This document shows, one piece after another, positions 40,626 to 51,100 of a DNA stretch of 64,000 bases (within the stretch, counting starts at the first letter, position 1; each line of letters opens with the position of its first letter). The translations under genes were made by a program, and so were the position numbers. The stretch is taken from NCBI GenBank assembly GCA_965652295.1, contig CBFGTS010000003.1:192001-256000 (forward strand), given 5' to 3'. The stretch comes from an uncultured Haloferula sp. (GTDB taxonomy: Bacteria > Verrucomicrobiota > Verrucomicrobiia > Verrucomicrobiales > Akkermansiaceae). Under the pieces are notes generated by a model. The model made no database searches, had not been told where the DNA came from, and was given only the letters and a program-made list of their open reading frames with translations.

Positions 40626-42413
40626 ATGACGCTCCTCGGTTCCATTTCCGTCACATCCGTCGTTCTCGGCGTGCTCCAGGTTCTCGGAGCCCTCGGGGTT
40701 TTCCTGTTCGGCATGAAGGTCATGTCGGAGGCCGTCCAGCGCGTCGCCGGCAAAAGGATGCGGCAGGCGCTTTCCGGTCTTACGGCCAACCGCTTCAGCG
40801 GACTCATGACGGGTTTCGTCACCACCTCCCTGGTCCAGTCCTCCTCCGCCACCACGGTCCTTGTCGTTTCCTTCGTCAATGCCGGCCTGCTGACCCTCAT
40901 CCAGTCGATCGGTGTCATCATGGGTGCCAACCTCGGCACCACGATCACCGCGTGGATCGTCGCCCTGATCGGAAAATTCAGCGTCTCCAGCGTCGCCCTG
41001 CCCCTGATCGGCATCGGCCTGCCCTTCGTCTTCATCGGCAAGGACAAGGCCCGCAGCTGGGGCGAGCTGTTCCTCGGCTTCGGTCTGGTGTTCTTCGGCC
41101 TCGGCCTGCTCAAGGACTCGGTGCCCGACCTCAAGACGATGATGAAGGAGGACCCGACCACCGCCGAAGCCATCCGCCAGGTCGTCACCTGGATGGGCGG
41201 ACGGGCGTTCCTCTCCACCTTGCTCTACTTGATCGGCGGCATCATCCTCACCCTGATGGTCCAGTCCTCCTCCGCCGCCATGGCCATCACCATCACCTGC
41301 GCCCTGAACGGCTGGCTGGGCGATCTGGAAAACCCGCTGGAGGTCTTCCGCAACTCCGCCGCCATCGTTCTCGGCGAAAACATCGGCACCACCGTCACCG
41401 CCTGGCTCGCCGCGCTGGGGGCCAACGTCCACGCCAAACGCGCCGCCCGCGCCCACTTCACCTTCAACGTGATCGGCGTGCTGTGGATGCTCGTCGCCTT
41501 CGTCCCCTTCTCCGCGCTGGTGTGGCGGCTCGCGCAGTCCTTGCCGGAAAGCATGCGCTCCGCCTCGGGCAGCTTCCAGACCTCCGAGATCGCCTTCGCC
41601 ACCGCGATCTTCCACACCTCCTTCAACCTCGTGAACATCGGCCTGCTCGTCTGGTTCGTCCCCCAGATCGCGCGGCTGGTCGAGTGGTGGGTGCGCGACC
41701 AATCACCCAAGGACACCTCGCCCCGGCTCCAGTACATTTCGCAGGGCCTCGTCGATCTCGGGGAGCTGAACATCGCCGAGGCCGAGAATGCCACCCGCCG
41801 GATGAACGTCCTCACCTCCGAGATGTTCGATGGCTTCGTGAACCTTCTCAACAACCCCCAGACCGACCTTTCCACCGAAGTCGCCGCGCTGAAGCAGATG
41901 GAGGACGACTGCGACGAAATGCTCAAGGACATCACCTCCTACCTCATCCAGTGCTCGTCGCACGAGATCGGCCCCGGAAATGCCGGCGAGATCACCTCCA
42001 TGCTGCGCGTCGTTTCCGAGTATGAGGAGGCCACCGACCGCATCTACCGGCTGGTGAAGCTGGTGCAGCGGAAATACGAGAAGGGCCGTCATTTCAGCGA
42101 AGAGCAGCACCGCGAGCTGACCGCCATCTGCTCCCAGGTCCGCGCCATCCTCGACCTCTGCGCCAACGCCCTCTCCGGCGTCTCCGGCGAGATGCTCGAA
42201 AACGCCAACCGCATCGAGGACCGCATCGACCGCCTGCGCAAACAGCACAACAAGGGTGCCGTCCGCCGCATGCAGGCCGGAGCCGAGGTGCAGACCGAAA
42301 TGCTCTACACCGAGACCAACAACCACCTCGAGGCGATCGGCAACCACGCCCTCAACGTCATCGAAAGCTCCGAGCGCTCCGAACACGCCTCCGCCGCCCG
42401 GGCGGACGATTGA
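40626..42413 (+). CDS. Na/Pi cotransporter with PhoU-like C-terminus
   Basis: Two QSSS repeats, GANLGTT and GENIGTT. Confidence 0.93.
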   Translation: MTLLGSISVTSVVLGVLQVLGALGVFLFGMKVMSEAVQRVAGKRMRQALSGLTANRFSGLMTGFVTTSLVQSSSATTVLVVSFVNAGLLTLIQSIGVIMGANLGTTITAWIVALIGKFSVSSVALPLIGIGLPFVFIGKDKARSWGELFLGFGLVFFGLGLLKDSVPDLKTMMKEDPTTAEAIRQVVTWMGGRAFLSTLLYLIGGIILTLMVQSSSAAMAITITCALNGWLGDLENPLEVFRNSAAIVLGENIGTTVTAWLAALGANVHAKRAARAHFTFNVIGVLWMLVAFVPFSALVWRLAQSLPESMRSASGSFQTSEIAFATAIFHTSFNLVNIGLLVWFVPQIARLVEWWVRDQSPKDTSPRLQYISQGLVDLGELNIAEAENATRRMNVLTSEMFDGFVNLLNNPQTDLSTEVAALKQMEDDCDEMLKDITSYLIQCSSHEIGPGNAGEITSMLRVVSEYEEATDRIYRLVKLVQRKYEKGRHFSEEQHRELTAICSQVRAILDLCANALSGVSGEMLENANRIEDRIDRLRKQHNKGAVRRMQAGAEVQTEMLYTETNNHLEAIGNHALNVIESSERSEHASAARADD

Positions 42414-42425
42414 AAAGGAGCACGG

Positions 42426-42546
42426 GGAGCGCCGGCATCCTGCCGGCAGGGTTTCGCATCCTGCGGAACCCTCCTTCTTTCAAACACTCCTTCTTCCAAG
42501 GTGCCCGGCGGGACGCCGGCCACTGCCGGCTGGAAGCCGGCGCTCC
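42426..42546. repeat. Inverted GGAG-type REP doublet
   Basis: GGAGC-GCCGGCA-TCC-TGCCGGC at 42426 and an opposite copy GGAGC-GCCGGCT-TCC-AGCCGGC at 42525-42546. Confidence 0.75.
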
Positions 42547-42619
42547 CCCCTTCCCTGTTCCATTCATCCCGTTCATTCGCTTGGCAAGAGAGGCTCCCGT
42601 GTTCTAGACCCCGCGCGGA

Positions 42620-43018
42620 ATGCGTTTACAGGACACAATTGAATGGCCGGATGAAGTGGAAGTGCTCGTCGATCGCCTCGAAAGCGAATCGGCCGAGCGA
42701 GCTCTCAGCCGCGAAGAACGCGCCCTGATGGATGTGTATGAGACCGTCCCGGTTCTCGAGAGCGACAACTGCCTACACGAGTTCTGGCAGAGCGGCATGG
42801 ATCACCAGCGGGTGATCAACTCCTTCGACCTCATCGGCGCGACCGGCATCGTCGATCCCCTCAAGGCGAGTCGCTGGTGCGAAACCCGCAGCGAAGACCG
42901 CAACGACTACAGCGAAACCGAAGAGGACTACCTCGCCACCATCGAAGAAGAACTCCCGGCCGGCATGGACGAACTCGTCGATCTCGTGCTTGAGTTCATC
43001 GAGGAAGAGCTGGGGTGA
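42620..43018 (+). CDS. Small acidic hypothetical protein
   Basis: 132-aa ORF with host codon bias. Confidence 0.7.
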   Translation: MRLQDTIEWPDEVEVLVDRLESESAERALSREERALMDVYETVPVLESDNCLHEFWQSGMDHQRVINSFDLIGATGIVDPLKASRWCETRSEDRNDYSETEEDYLATIEEELPAGMDELVDLVLEFIEEELG

Positions 43019-43021
43019 GAA

Positions 43022-43126
43022 GGTAGACGGTAGACGGTAGACGGTAGACGGTAGATGGTAGATGGTAGATGGTAGATGGTAGATCGTAGATCGTAGATCG
43101 TAGATCGTGGATGGCGGATCGTGGAG
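43022..43126. repeat. Heptamer tandem repeat, 15 units
   Basis: GGTAGAC x4, GGTAGAT x5, CGTAGAT x3, then three degenerate units. Confidence 0.95.
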
Positions 43127-43140
43127 ACAACAGCCGCTCC

Positions 43141-43986
43141 TTACTCGGCGTTCCGTCCCACTTGGATCAGCGCGACGAAATTCCCACCACCGGTGAGAGG
43201 ATCGGAGGGTTGATGGGCCTCGAAGCGGTCGTTGTCGGTCGGCGACTCGGCGCGGAAGCCGTCGATGGCAATGAAGTCGCCCTCGTTGACGAGGAGAGTT
43301 CCTTTCACCTCCGACCGGCGGAACACGGGCATGTCGATCCGGTTCTCGAAAAGCACCACCTCACGCGGGAAACCCAGAAAACCCTTTTCATGACGTGTGA
43401 TCGGATCGCCGTAGTTGACGAATCCTACAAAGGCGGTGCGGGCGAGAGCGAGGTCGACCACCACCTTTCCTTTCTCCGCCGAGCGGCCCTTGCAGGTCAG
43501 GATGGGACCGAGCACGCGTTCCTCGAATTGGCATGGGGTGGACGGATGGATGACTTCGAGCCGACCCTCCGCATCCGTCCGGGTTTCCGCAGGAAGATAT
43601 TCGGAAGGATACACGAACTCCCTTATGAGCTCGATGTGCGAGGTGTCGCCTGAATCGGAGACGACCGTCACTCCGCCGTCCATGATGGGCTCGAACCCTC
43701 TCCGCCGGGAGAGCGATTTGGCCAAACGGCTTCCCTCCTCCGCCGAATAGACGCCCGAGATCCTGGCCGTGTCGTGTCTTTTCCCGAAGTGGAATCCATC
43801 CGGTGCCCGGAAGTAGTAGGCCGTCAATTTGATCGCCGGCTCCCCTGCCCGTGCGACCTGATGTCTGACATGGGCCCCGGAGGCCACGCCGGTATCCGAC
43901 ACCGAGCACGAAGCCAAGGCCCCGGCAATCAGCAGCCCGACGAGAGATAGAAGGCGGCCTGCTGCCGTCGAGAACCCACTGTGCAT
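43141..43986 (-). CDS. Lipoprotein with secretin-like C-terminal domain
   Basis: Lipobox LASC; IELIREFVYPSEY...TPCQFEER...FVGFVNYG...PVF resembles Verrucomicrobial secretin-family segments. Confidence 0.6.
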   Translation of the reverse strand: MHSGFSTAAGRLLSLVGLLIAGALASCSVSDTGVASGAHVRHQVARAGEPAIKLTAYYFRAPDGFHFGKRHDTARISGVYSAEEGSRLAKSLSRRRGFEPIMDGGVTVVSDSGDTSHIELIREFVYPSEYLPAETRTDAEGRLEVIHPSTPCQFEERVLGPILTCKGRSAEKGKVVVDLALARTAFVGFVNYGDPITRHEKGFLGFPREVVLFENRIDMPVFRRSEVKGTLLVNEGDFIAIDGFRAESPTDNDRFEAHQPSDPLTGGGNFVALIQVGRNAE

Positions 43987-44061
43987 GTTAGCAGACCATC
44001 GTTTCCTAGCTTTGCTGTCAACCCCGCCCGAACTGCCGGCATCTCCTGCGACCTCAGAATT

Positions 44062-46914
44062 TCACTCCTCCCCGAGCGCCTCGAAGTGCGCCACCGCCGC
44101 CTTCGCCAAGCCCGCCGGATCGTAGCCGCCTTCCAGCACCGAGATCACCCGACCGTCCGCCCAGCGGTTCGCGATCCTCACCACCGCCCTGGTCAGCTCC
44201 GCGAAGTCCTCCGGCACGAGCTTGAAGCCCCCCAGCGGATCGCTCGCCAGTGCATCGAAGCCGGCGGAGACCAGCACCAACGCCGGCCGAAACTTCTCCA
44301 TCGCCGGCACCAGGCGGTCCTCGATTACCGATAAAACCGCTTTCCCATCCGACCCGTGCTTCAGCGGCACATTCATCGTCGTCCCGATCCCGCGGCCCGC
44401 CCCGGTCTCGTCCGCGCCACCGCTGAAGGGAAAAATCCCATCCTCGTGCACCGAGAAATAAAACACATCCGGGTCCGCGAAGAACAGGTCCTGCGTGCCG
44501 TTGCCGTGGTGCACGTCCCAATCGACGATCAACACCCGCGGCACCCCGAACTCCTCCTGCGCGTGCCGCGCCATCAGCGCGATGTGATTGTAGATGCAGA
44601 AGCCCATCCCGCGGTCGGCCGTCGCGTGATGACCCGGCGGCCGCACCGCCACGAAAGCCCGCTTCACCCGCCCGTCCATCCCCGCCGCCACCGCTTCCAG
44701 ACCCGCGCCGGTCGCCAGCATCGCCACCTCCTCGCTTTCCGGACCGATCGCCGTGTCGCCCGTGCGCAGGCGATCGGCGAGGCTTTCAACATCGATGTGC
44801 ACCAGGTCCAGATAGTGCGCCGCATGGCACCGCAGCAGCTCCGCCCGCGTCGCCTTCCGGCCCGGCAAAGCCACGGCATCCATCCGTTTCGCCGACTCCG
44901 CCAGCGCTTCGCCCAGCACCCGGTAACGCTGCGGATTCTCCACCTCGCCCGGTCCGCCATCGTGACGCAGGCAGGTTTCCGACCAATACCAACCCACCGC
45001 CACCCCGACCGGCTTCGTCAAAACGGAGGGCCTTCCGGGTTTCACCAACCTCCGCGCCACCATCGCCACCGGAATCCGGAATTCCAGCTCTCCGTCCTCC
45101 TGCCGCGCCCGACCGCCGAACTTCTCGAACAACCGGATCATCGGCAGATTCGTTGGTAGCACCGAGGCCCAGAACTCCGCGATCCCCCGCTTCTTCGCCA
45201 CCCGCGCCAGCTCGCCGAACAACTCACCCGCCATGCCCATCCGCCGCGTTTCGTCATGCACCACGAAGGCGACCTCCGCACTGCCGTTGTCGTCGCGATA
45301 AAACCGCCCCACCGCCCGCAGCACTGGCTCGCGACCCAGACCGATTTCCTCGAATATCCCCAGCGCCAGATCCCGCGACTGATCCACCCCCACCAGCTTG
45401 AAAGCCGAGTCCGCCGGCATCGACTCCCGCAGGTAGCCATACCGGTTGCGCACCGTTTCCTCACTGTGACTGTAGAAGAACTCCTGCAACCGCCGGATGT
45501 CCGAGGCGTGCAGCGGACGTAGGAAAAACGAGCGATCCCCGCCAAGTCGCAGCCGCCGAAATTCGACCCCCGACTTCACATCGCCCGGAGCCAGGCTCGT
45601 CGGTGCCACCGACACGAACTTCGGAATCCACCCCCGCTCGTGCGCCCCGCGCATCAGCTCCTCGCGGAACTTCGGGTCGGCGATCTGGATCATCTCCAGC
45701 GCCCGCTCGCGCATGCTCTTCCCGCGCAAATTGGCCACCCCGTGCTCGGTAATTACATAATGCACGTCCGTCCGACCGGTCGAAACCACCGTCCCCTCCG
45801 GCGGACTCGCCACGATCCGCGACTTGCTCCCGTCCTCGCTGGTCGAGCGCAGCACATGCACCGGCCGACCGCCCGCACTGCCCGCCGCGCCGCGCAGGAA
45901 ATCGAGCTGCGCCCCGATCCCGCCGTGAAACCGGTGCCCCGCCGCGTCCCGCATCACCTGGCCCGTGATGTCAATCTGCCGCGCCCCGTTCACCGCCACC
46001 ATCTTGTGGTTCATCGCAATGATCCCCGGGTCGTTCACCCAGTCGCTCGTCCGGAACTCCAGCTCCCCGCACTCCGCCACGAACTCATAGAGCCGCTTCG
46101 ATCCCAGCGCGTGGCTCACCACCGCCTTGCCGGTCATGAAATGTTTCCGCGAGTGATCCACCGCGCCGCAGCGGATCAGCTCCATCAGCTCGTCGCACAG
46201 CAACCCACTGTGGATTCCCAGATGCCGGTGGCCCCGCAGGGCGGAAACCGCCGCCCGCGCCGTGGTGCCCAGCCCCACCTGCAGCGTCGAGCCATCATCC
46301 ACCAGCTCCGCCAGATACGCGCCGATCTTTTCCCGCACCGGGTCCCGTCCCACCTTCGGCAACGTCGCCAGCGGCTCCTCCTTCTCGATGAACCAATCGA
46401 TCTTCGACGCGGGCAGGGTCCCATCGCCCCTGGTGAAGGGAATCCGCGGATTCACCTGCGCCACCACCACCCGCGCCGCCTCCACCGCCGCCTTCACCAC
46501 GTCCACGCTGATCCCCAGCGACACCTGCCCGTCCGCATCCGGCGGGCTCACGCTGATCAGCGCCACATCCACCGGCATCACCGTCGAGCTGAAGAACCGC
46601 GGCACCTCCGACATCGAGGCCGGCGTGTAGTCCGCCCGCCCTTCCAGCACCGCATCGCCCAGTTCCGGAGTCAGGAAAAACGAATTCGTCCGCAGGTTCT
46701 CCGCGAACCTTGGGTCCACCCACGGCACCTTCCCCAGCGTATGGATGTGCACCAGCTCCACATCCCGCATCCCCTCCGCCGCCTTCAGGAACCGCCGCAT
46801 CAGCTCCCGCGGCACCGAAGCCCCTCCGCACAAAAACACCCGCGACCCCGGACGCACGATCCGCCCCCACGCCTCGTTGCTTCTTTCCAGCTCCTTCACG
46901 CTCCCATTCTCCAC
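44062..46914 (-). CDS. Fusion: acetyl-CoA hydrolase/CoA-transferase-like + GNAT acetyltransferase + histone deacetylase family domain
   Basis: VSPPDADG..SLG, QIDITGQ, GIGAQLDF, YVITEHG; LRPL...AEVAFVVHD..RRMGMAG...N.PMI.LFEK; RPPGHHA, DWDVHHGNGTQ, SAGFDA, LEGGY. Confidence 0.92.
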   Translation of the reverse strand: MENGSVKELERSNEAWGRIVRPGSRVFLCGGASVPRELMRRFLKAAEGMRDVELVHIHTLGKVPWVDPRFAENLRTNSFFLTPELGDAVLEGRADYTPASMSEVPRFFSSTVMPVDVALISVSPPDADGQVSLGISVDVVKAAVEAARVVVAQVNPRIPFTRGDGTLPASKIDWFIEKEEPLATLPKVGRDPVREKIGAYLAELVDDGSTLQVGLGTTARAAVSALRGHRHLGIHSGLLCDELMELIRCGAVDHSRKHFMTGKAVVSHALGSKRLYEFVAECGELEFRTSDWVNDPGIIAMNHKMVAVNGARQIDITGQVMRDAAGHRFHGGIGAQLDFLRGAAGSAGGRPVHVLRSTSEDGSKSRIVASPPEGTVVSTGRTDVHYVITEHGVANLRGKSMRERALEMIQIADPKFREELMRGAHERGWIPKFVSVAPTSLAPGDVKSGVEFRRLRLGGDRSFFLRPLHASDIRRLQEFFYSHSEETVRNRYGYLRESMPADSAFKLVGVDQSRDLALGIFEEIGLGREPVLRAVGRFYRDDNGSAEVAFVVHDETRRMGMAGELFGELARVAKKRGIAEFWASVLPTNLPMIRLFEKFGGRARQEDGELEFRIPVAMVARRLVKPGRPSVLTKPVGVAVGWYWSETCLRHDGGPGEVENPQRYRVLGEALAESAKRMDAVALPGRKATRAELLRCHAAHYLDLVHIDVESLADRLRTGDTAIGPESEEVAMLATGAGLEAVAAGMDGRVKRAFVAVRPPGHHATADRGMGFCIYNHIALMARHAQEEFGVPRVLIVDWDVHHGNGTQDLFFADPDVFYFSVHEDGIFPFSGGADETGAGRGIGTTMNVPLKHGSDGKAVLSVIEDRLVPAMEKFRPALVLVSAGFDALASDPLGGFKLVPEDFAELTRAVVRIANRWADGRVISVLEGGYDPAGLAKAAVAHFEALGEE

Positions 46915-46963
46915 ACCTCCCTCCCCTCAACAACCTCCACCTGTGGCTGCATCCCCGAGCCCT

Positions 46964-47207
46964 GGAGCGCCGATTATGAAATCGGCATCATCCATAGGAG
47001 GTGGGACGCCCCGTCCCGCCCCCCCCCCGCAGCCCGCCACCTCTGTTCGTAGTGCGTCCCTTTAGGGCGTCCCTTCGGTCCTGCCGGAGCCACGGAGCGC
47101 CGAATATGAATTCGGCACCGCCCCACCCCATAAGCTTCTTTGCCGCCACGATAGGCAACCCCGCACCCACCGCGTCTGCTAAACGGAGCGCCGGTTTCCA
47201 AACCGGC
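46964..47207 (+). repeat. Cluster of five co-oriented REP-like hairpins
   Basis: GGAG/GTAG followed by a short palindrome at 46964, 46997, 47049, 47094 and 47185. Confidence 0.7.
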
Positions 47208-47341
47208 ACCGCCTTCCGCAGTCTCACTTCCCAAAAGATAGACATCCCCGCATCCCCGACTCCAGCCGATCCAACCTCCGTCGATCCGCAATGCGACGTC
47301 CACCACCACATGCTCGAAGATGACTCCTCCGCCGCCGTCTT

Positions 47342-48145
47342 TCATGAAACCGGTCGGGCTTTCCACTTCCAAAACGCGAATCCCAGCAGCAGCGCCAGCA
47401 ACGCTCCCGCCACCGGAACCCACGGAGTTTCCTCCGGCTCATTCGCTTGATCGACAGCGGGCCGTTCTGACCGCTCGTCCACCGGCCGGCGCGACGTTCT
47501 CGGTGTTGCCAGCACTTCTCCTTGGAAATCGTAACGCTTTTTCGACCCCTTGAAGGAGTAGGTCTGCTTGCCCTCCCTTACCTGGTCCCTCCATTCGAGC
47601 CAAAGATCCATGCGCGTCGAGCTAGGCACCGGAGGATCTTCCAACATGCCCGCCAAGGTGCTGGCGGACGCCTGACCCAAGGTGCCTTCAAGATCGGGAA
47701 GACGTCGTTTATCGTTGTCGCCCAGAAACCCTGCGAGGATATCCACCACTTCCGGAGTGTGAAAATAGCCCAACACAGTAAAGACCTTTTGTCGCTCTGT
47801 TAAGTAATGGTTATAGGCAGGTCCGTTTTCAAGTCCTTCTTCTTTGAGCCTTGAAACATAATCCCGGAAGAAGCCCGGGAATTCAGGTCGTTCGGCAAGG
47901 GCTGTCTCAAGCGCGGGGACTACTTGGGTCTCCATGGCTTTGGAAAACGTCGGGAGTCGGTATTTCCTGTAAAGCATGGCAAGTTCAGGCATGGCTTCCT
48001 CGGCCGGCATTTGGCGGAGTTCATGAATACGCTCCAAAACCGAGGTCTCCCATGCTTGCAACTCTGCCGGGTTGTCAGGAAGACGGGCTGATATTTTTGT
48101 CGAAATCGTGACGATTCCGACCAGCAAAATCATGAAGCATTTCAT
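47342..48145 (-). CDS. Exported helical protein with C-terminal membrane anchor
   Basis: Signal peptide, C-terminal PWVPVAGALLALLLGFAFWKWK; ATG abuts the upstream stop. Confidence 0.75.
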   Translation of the reverse strand: MKCFMILLVGIVTISTKISARLPDNPAELQAWETSVLERIHELRQMPAEEAMPELAMLYRKYRLPTFSKAMETQVVPALETALAERPEFPGFFRDYVSRLKEEGLENGPAYNHYLTERQKVFTVLGYFHTPEVVDILAGFLGDNDKRRLPDLEGTLGQASASTLAGMLEDPPVPSSTRMDLWLEWRDQVREGKQTYSFKGSKKRYDFQGEVLATPRTSRRPVDERSERPAVDQANEPEETPWVPVAGALLALLLGFAFWKWKARPVS

Positions 48146-51100
48146 TTAGTCGATAAACTCGGTTAACCACTCATCGATCTTGTCCCACTCCCCCTTCACC
48201 AGCAGCCGTTTTCTCAATAGACCGGTGTGGAACGGGTTCGAATACATCAACCGATCGGGATGATGCGTGCCTGCCAAGGGTGCAGGGCCTCCACCGTCGT
48301 TCGGGTGTCCTCCCCCCATCATGACGTGCCCGATTTCGTGCGCCAACGTGTTGAGAATACCGCTTTTGCTCCTTCCCGTGTTGCCCGGCAGCCAGACGGT
48401 GCGCGAAGCCGGATGAGCGAGACCCACATACCCTCCGAAGCCATGGAACTCGCTGTTGAAATCCCGCCAGACGGTGATCTGTTCCGCGCCACCCACGAAA
48501 TAAACGTTGATGTCCGCAGCGGCGTCCACTCCCGCAGAGGTAAGGATCTTACTTTGTTCGGTTCCAATGTCGCTACCATTCGAATCCAATGAACCATTCC
48601 CTGAGGCAGGTCCTGACCCGGGCTCTTGTTGGAAATCCTCTCCCGTTCCGTAGTCCCAATACACCGGGGTCGGCTGGACATCACCGGAGGTTTCGACGTC
48701 CCAATAGGCGTTGACCTGTTTGCCGTAGATGTCGTCGAGGAATTCCTCGATTTCGGCTTTGGTGAAGGCGTGTTCAGGATTCACCCGGCCGTCCACGCCG
48801 TTGTTCTGCGCGACGTGCCAGAAGTGGAGTTTCACCTCACGCCGCTTCATGACCTTCACTCCGATCGGATGGGAAACGCTGTCGGCATCTTCGAAACCGA
48901 GATCCACATCCACCTCGGACGAGGACGTCGCAGCCGAGGACCAACTTACGGGAGTAGTCCCGAGATCAAGGGTAGCAGGAGTAATGGCGACGTTCCCGGC
49001 GCTCAAGGTCAGGGCCCGGTCGGGCGTCACGGGAGCGTGGACGACCGAGGCATTCGCCTCCGAACCTCCTCCGGGAACCATCACCCAGATTTTGCCCCCT
49101 TGTCGTTCGTCCTCCTTCAATGCGGTCGCCGAGACAGGATCGACTCCGGTGGCAAATTCGTCGTCCTCCACCCGAACGGGAACGGCGCTGAGCAATCGGG
49201 TGAAATCCGCCGGAGCCTCGTGGGAGGAGAGACCCGCGACAAGGGAACCCGAACCGGCCATTCCCAAAAGGCGGGCCTGCTTCCATTCCCCGTCCAATCC
49301 GGGAGCGATCTCGGGGAGGTAATACAGCCGCCCATTCCGCCAGACCAATCCCTCGCGCATGACGCCGGTTCCGTCCTTGGACAGATCGATGAGATCTTTC
49401 ATTTTCGAGATCGGAGACCAATCCGACGAAGACTTCCTGGCTCTCGGAGTCACCTTTTCACCGAGGAGCACCAAGCCTCCATTACCGTTTTCTCCACCCA
49501 CTTCAACCATCTTCCGAAATTCATTCTTACCCAGCGAGATCGCCGCGCCTCCCGCTCCGGTAAGGAAGCCTTCCTCGTTCTGCCAGTCGTACCCCCAGAG
49601 AGCCCCGGACTCGTGGGCAAACACCGCATACGGCGGGGCCGGGGTATAGACAGGTTCGGACCCTTCCGGTTCAAGATCCCAAACCACCCGCTGGTCCTGC
49701 TGCCAGCTCACTCCGGAACCCGAGCCACTGGAGACCCCCTTGTAGTTTTGAACCACGATTTTCCCGTCGTTCGAAAGGGTCGAACCAAACCTCAAAAAAC
49801 CGTGTGCCATGTCATACGGTGCACGGGCCGCATCGTTGCCTGATCTCATTTCGGAGGCACCGTCGCCGGGTTTCTTCCACCAAACGAGGCGTCTGCTCTC
49901 CCGGCTTTCATTGAGATCATCGTCGAAGGTCTGACTCCCCACGACCCAGCCCTGATCATTCATGGCGTAGAGCAGGGCATCTTCGCCATAGTCCACGATC
50001 TCGCCGCGATCCCAAACCTTGCGGCTGAACATCACCCTGCCCACATCGTCCACCCCCGCCGGGCCCTCCGGCCATAAGCCTGGTGTGGTGAGAGAGGAGA
50101 TCGGCAACTCAAACACCGCATACACCGAGTGGGGAGTCTTTTTCCAATTGATGAGCGAGTCGTTTGCAACCGCGTCTTCACTATCCGGCACCGAGTCTCC
50201 ATCCGAGTCGAGCTGCTGTCCATCCGGTACACCATCGCCGTCGTTGTCACTTTGAAAGGGAGAGGCCAAACCCGAGTCCGGGTGCTCGGGATCCAACATC
50301 ACGGCAAATTCGGCCCAATCGGGACTGCCATCGGAATCGGAGTCGAGACTCCAATCCGCCGAAATCCGCACGAACCCCCTGCCATCCGGCGAGGCGGGAG
50401 CCGGGGGAGGTGCCGCACGAGCAACGGCCACGGAATTGGCGACGGCCGCGTTCATTTCGGGCAGGCGGGCCCGGAACTCATTCACCATCGCGGCATCCTC
50501 TTCGGCAAGCGGAGACTCTTCCTGCGGAGGGATCTGCGGCGTGGGAAGATGGAGGACGAAAAAGTAGTAGTCGCCGTAGGGGTGGGCGAACCATGGCATC
50601 TCCGACCAGTCCTGATGCAGGGATTCAGGAATCCGGAACACCACCGATCCACCTGAATCGAGCGAACGCCAGGAAAGGATGGTGCCCGTTTCCGGAGAGG
50701 CCGCCGGGGCGACCATCAGGCTTACGTGTTGAGAGGGAACCTCCACCGCTTCACCCCCGGGCGCTTCCGGGTCCGGCGGCGGAGCCGGAGCCCTTTCCAC
50801 CAACGGTACGACGTGCTCGTGCCCCAGCCCATAGATATTCCCGATCTCCTCCCAATCCTGCAGATCGCGGCTGAACTCGACCCGATAACCCACACCAGCC
50901 GTCGATCGAAACACCCAAGAAGTCTGCACCGATCCATCAAGCGCGGACACATCCTCCATCCAACGGGGCGGCAGCGGGTCGTCCTGCTGCGCGGCTGCAG
51001 AACCAAGAAGAGCCAACGACACCATGCCTGCTGCCACGAAAACCCTGGGAGATTTCAGCCTTCGATCAGTCACGACGGGATTCGATGACTTTTGCCACAT

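Noticed and set aside
43022..43126. CRISPR array
   Set aside because: 7-nt tandem units with no spacers and no cas genes in the window.
46964..47207. Degenerate CRISPR array
   Set aside because: Repeats differ in sequence, spacing is irregular and the layout is tetranucleotide plus hairpin, as in REPs.
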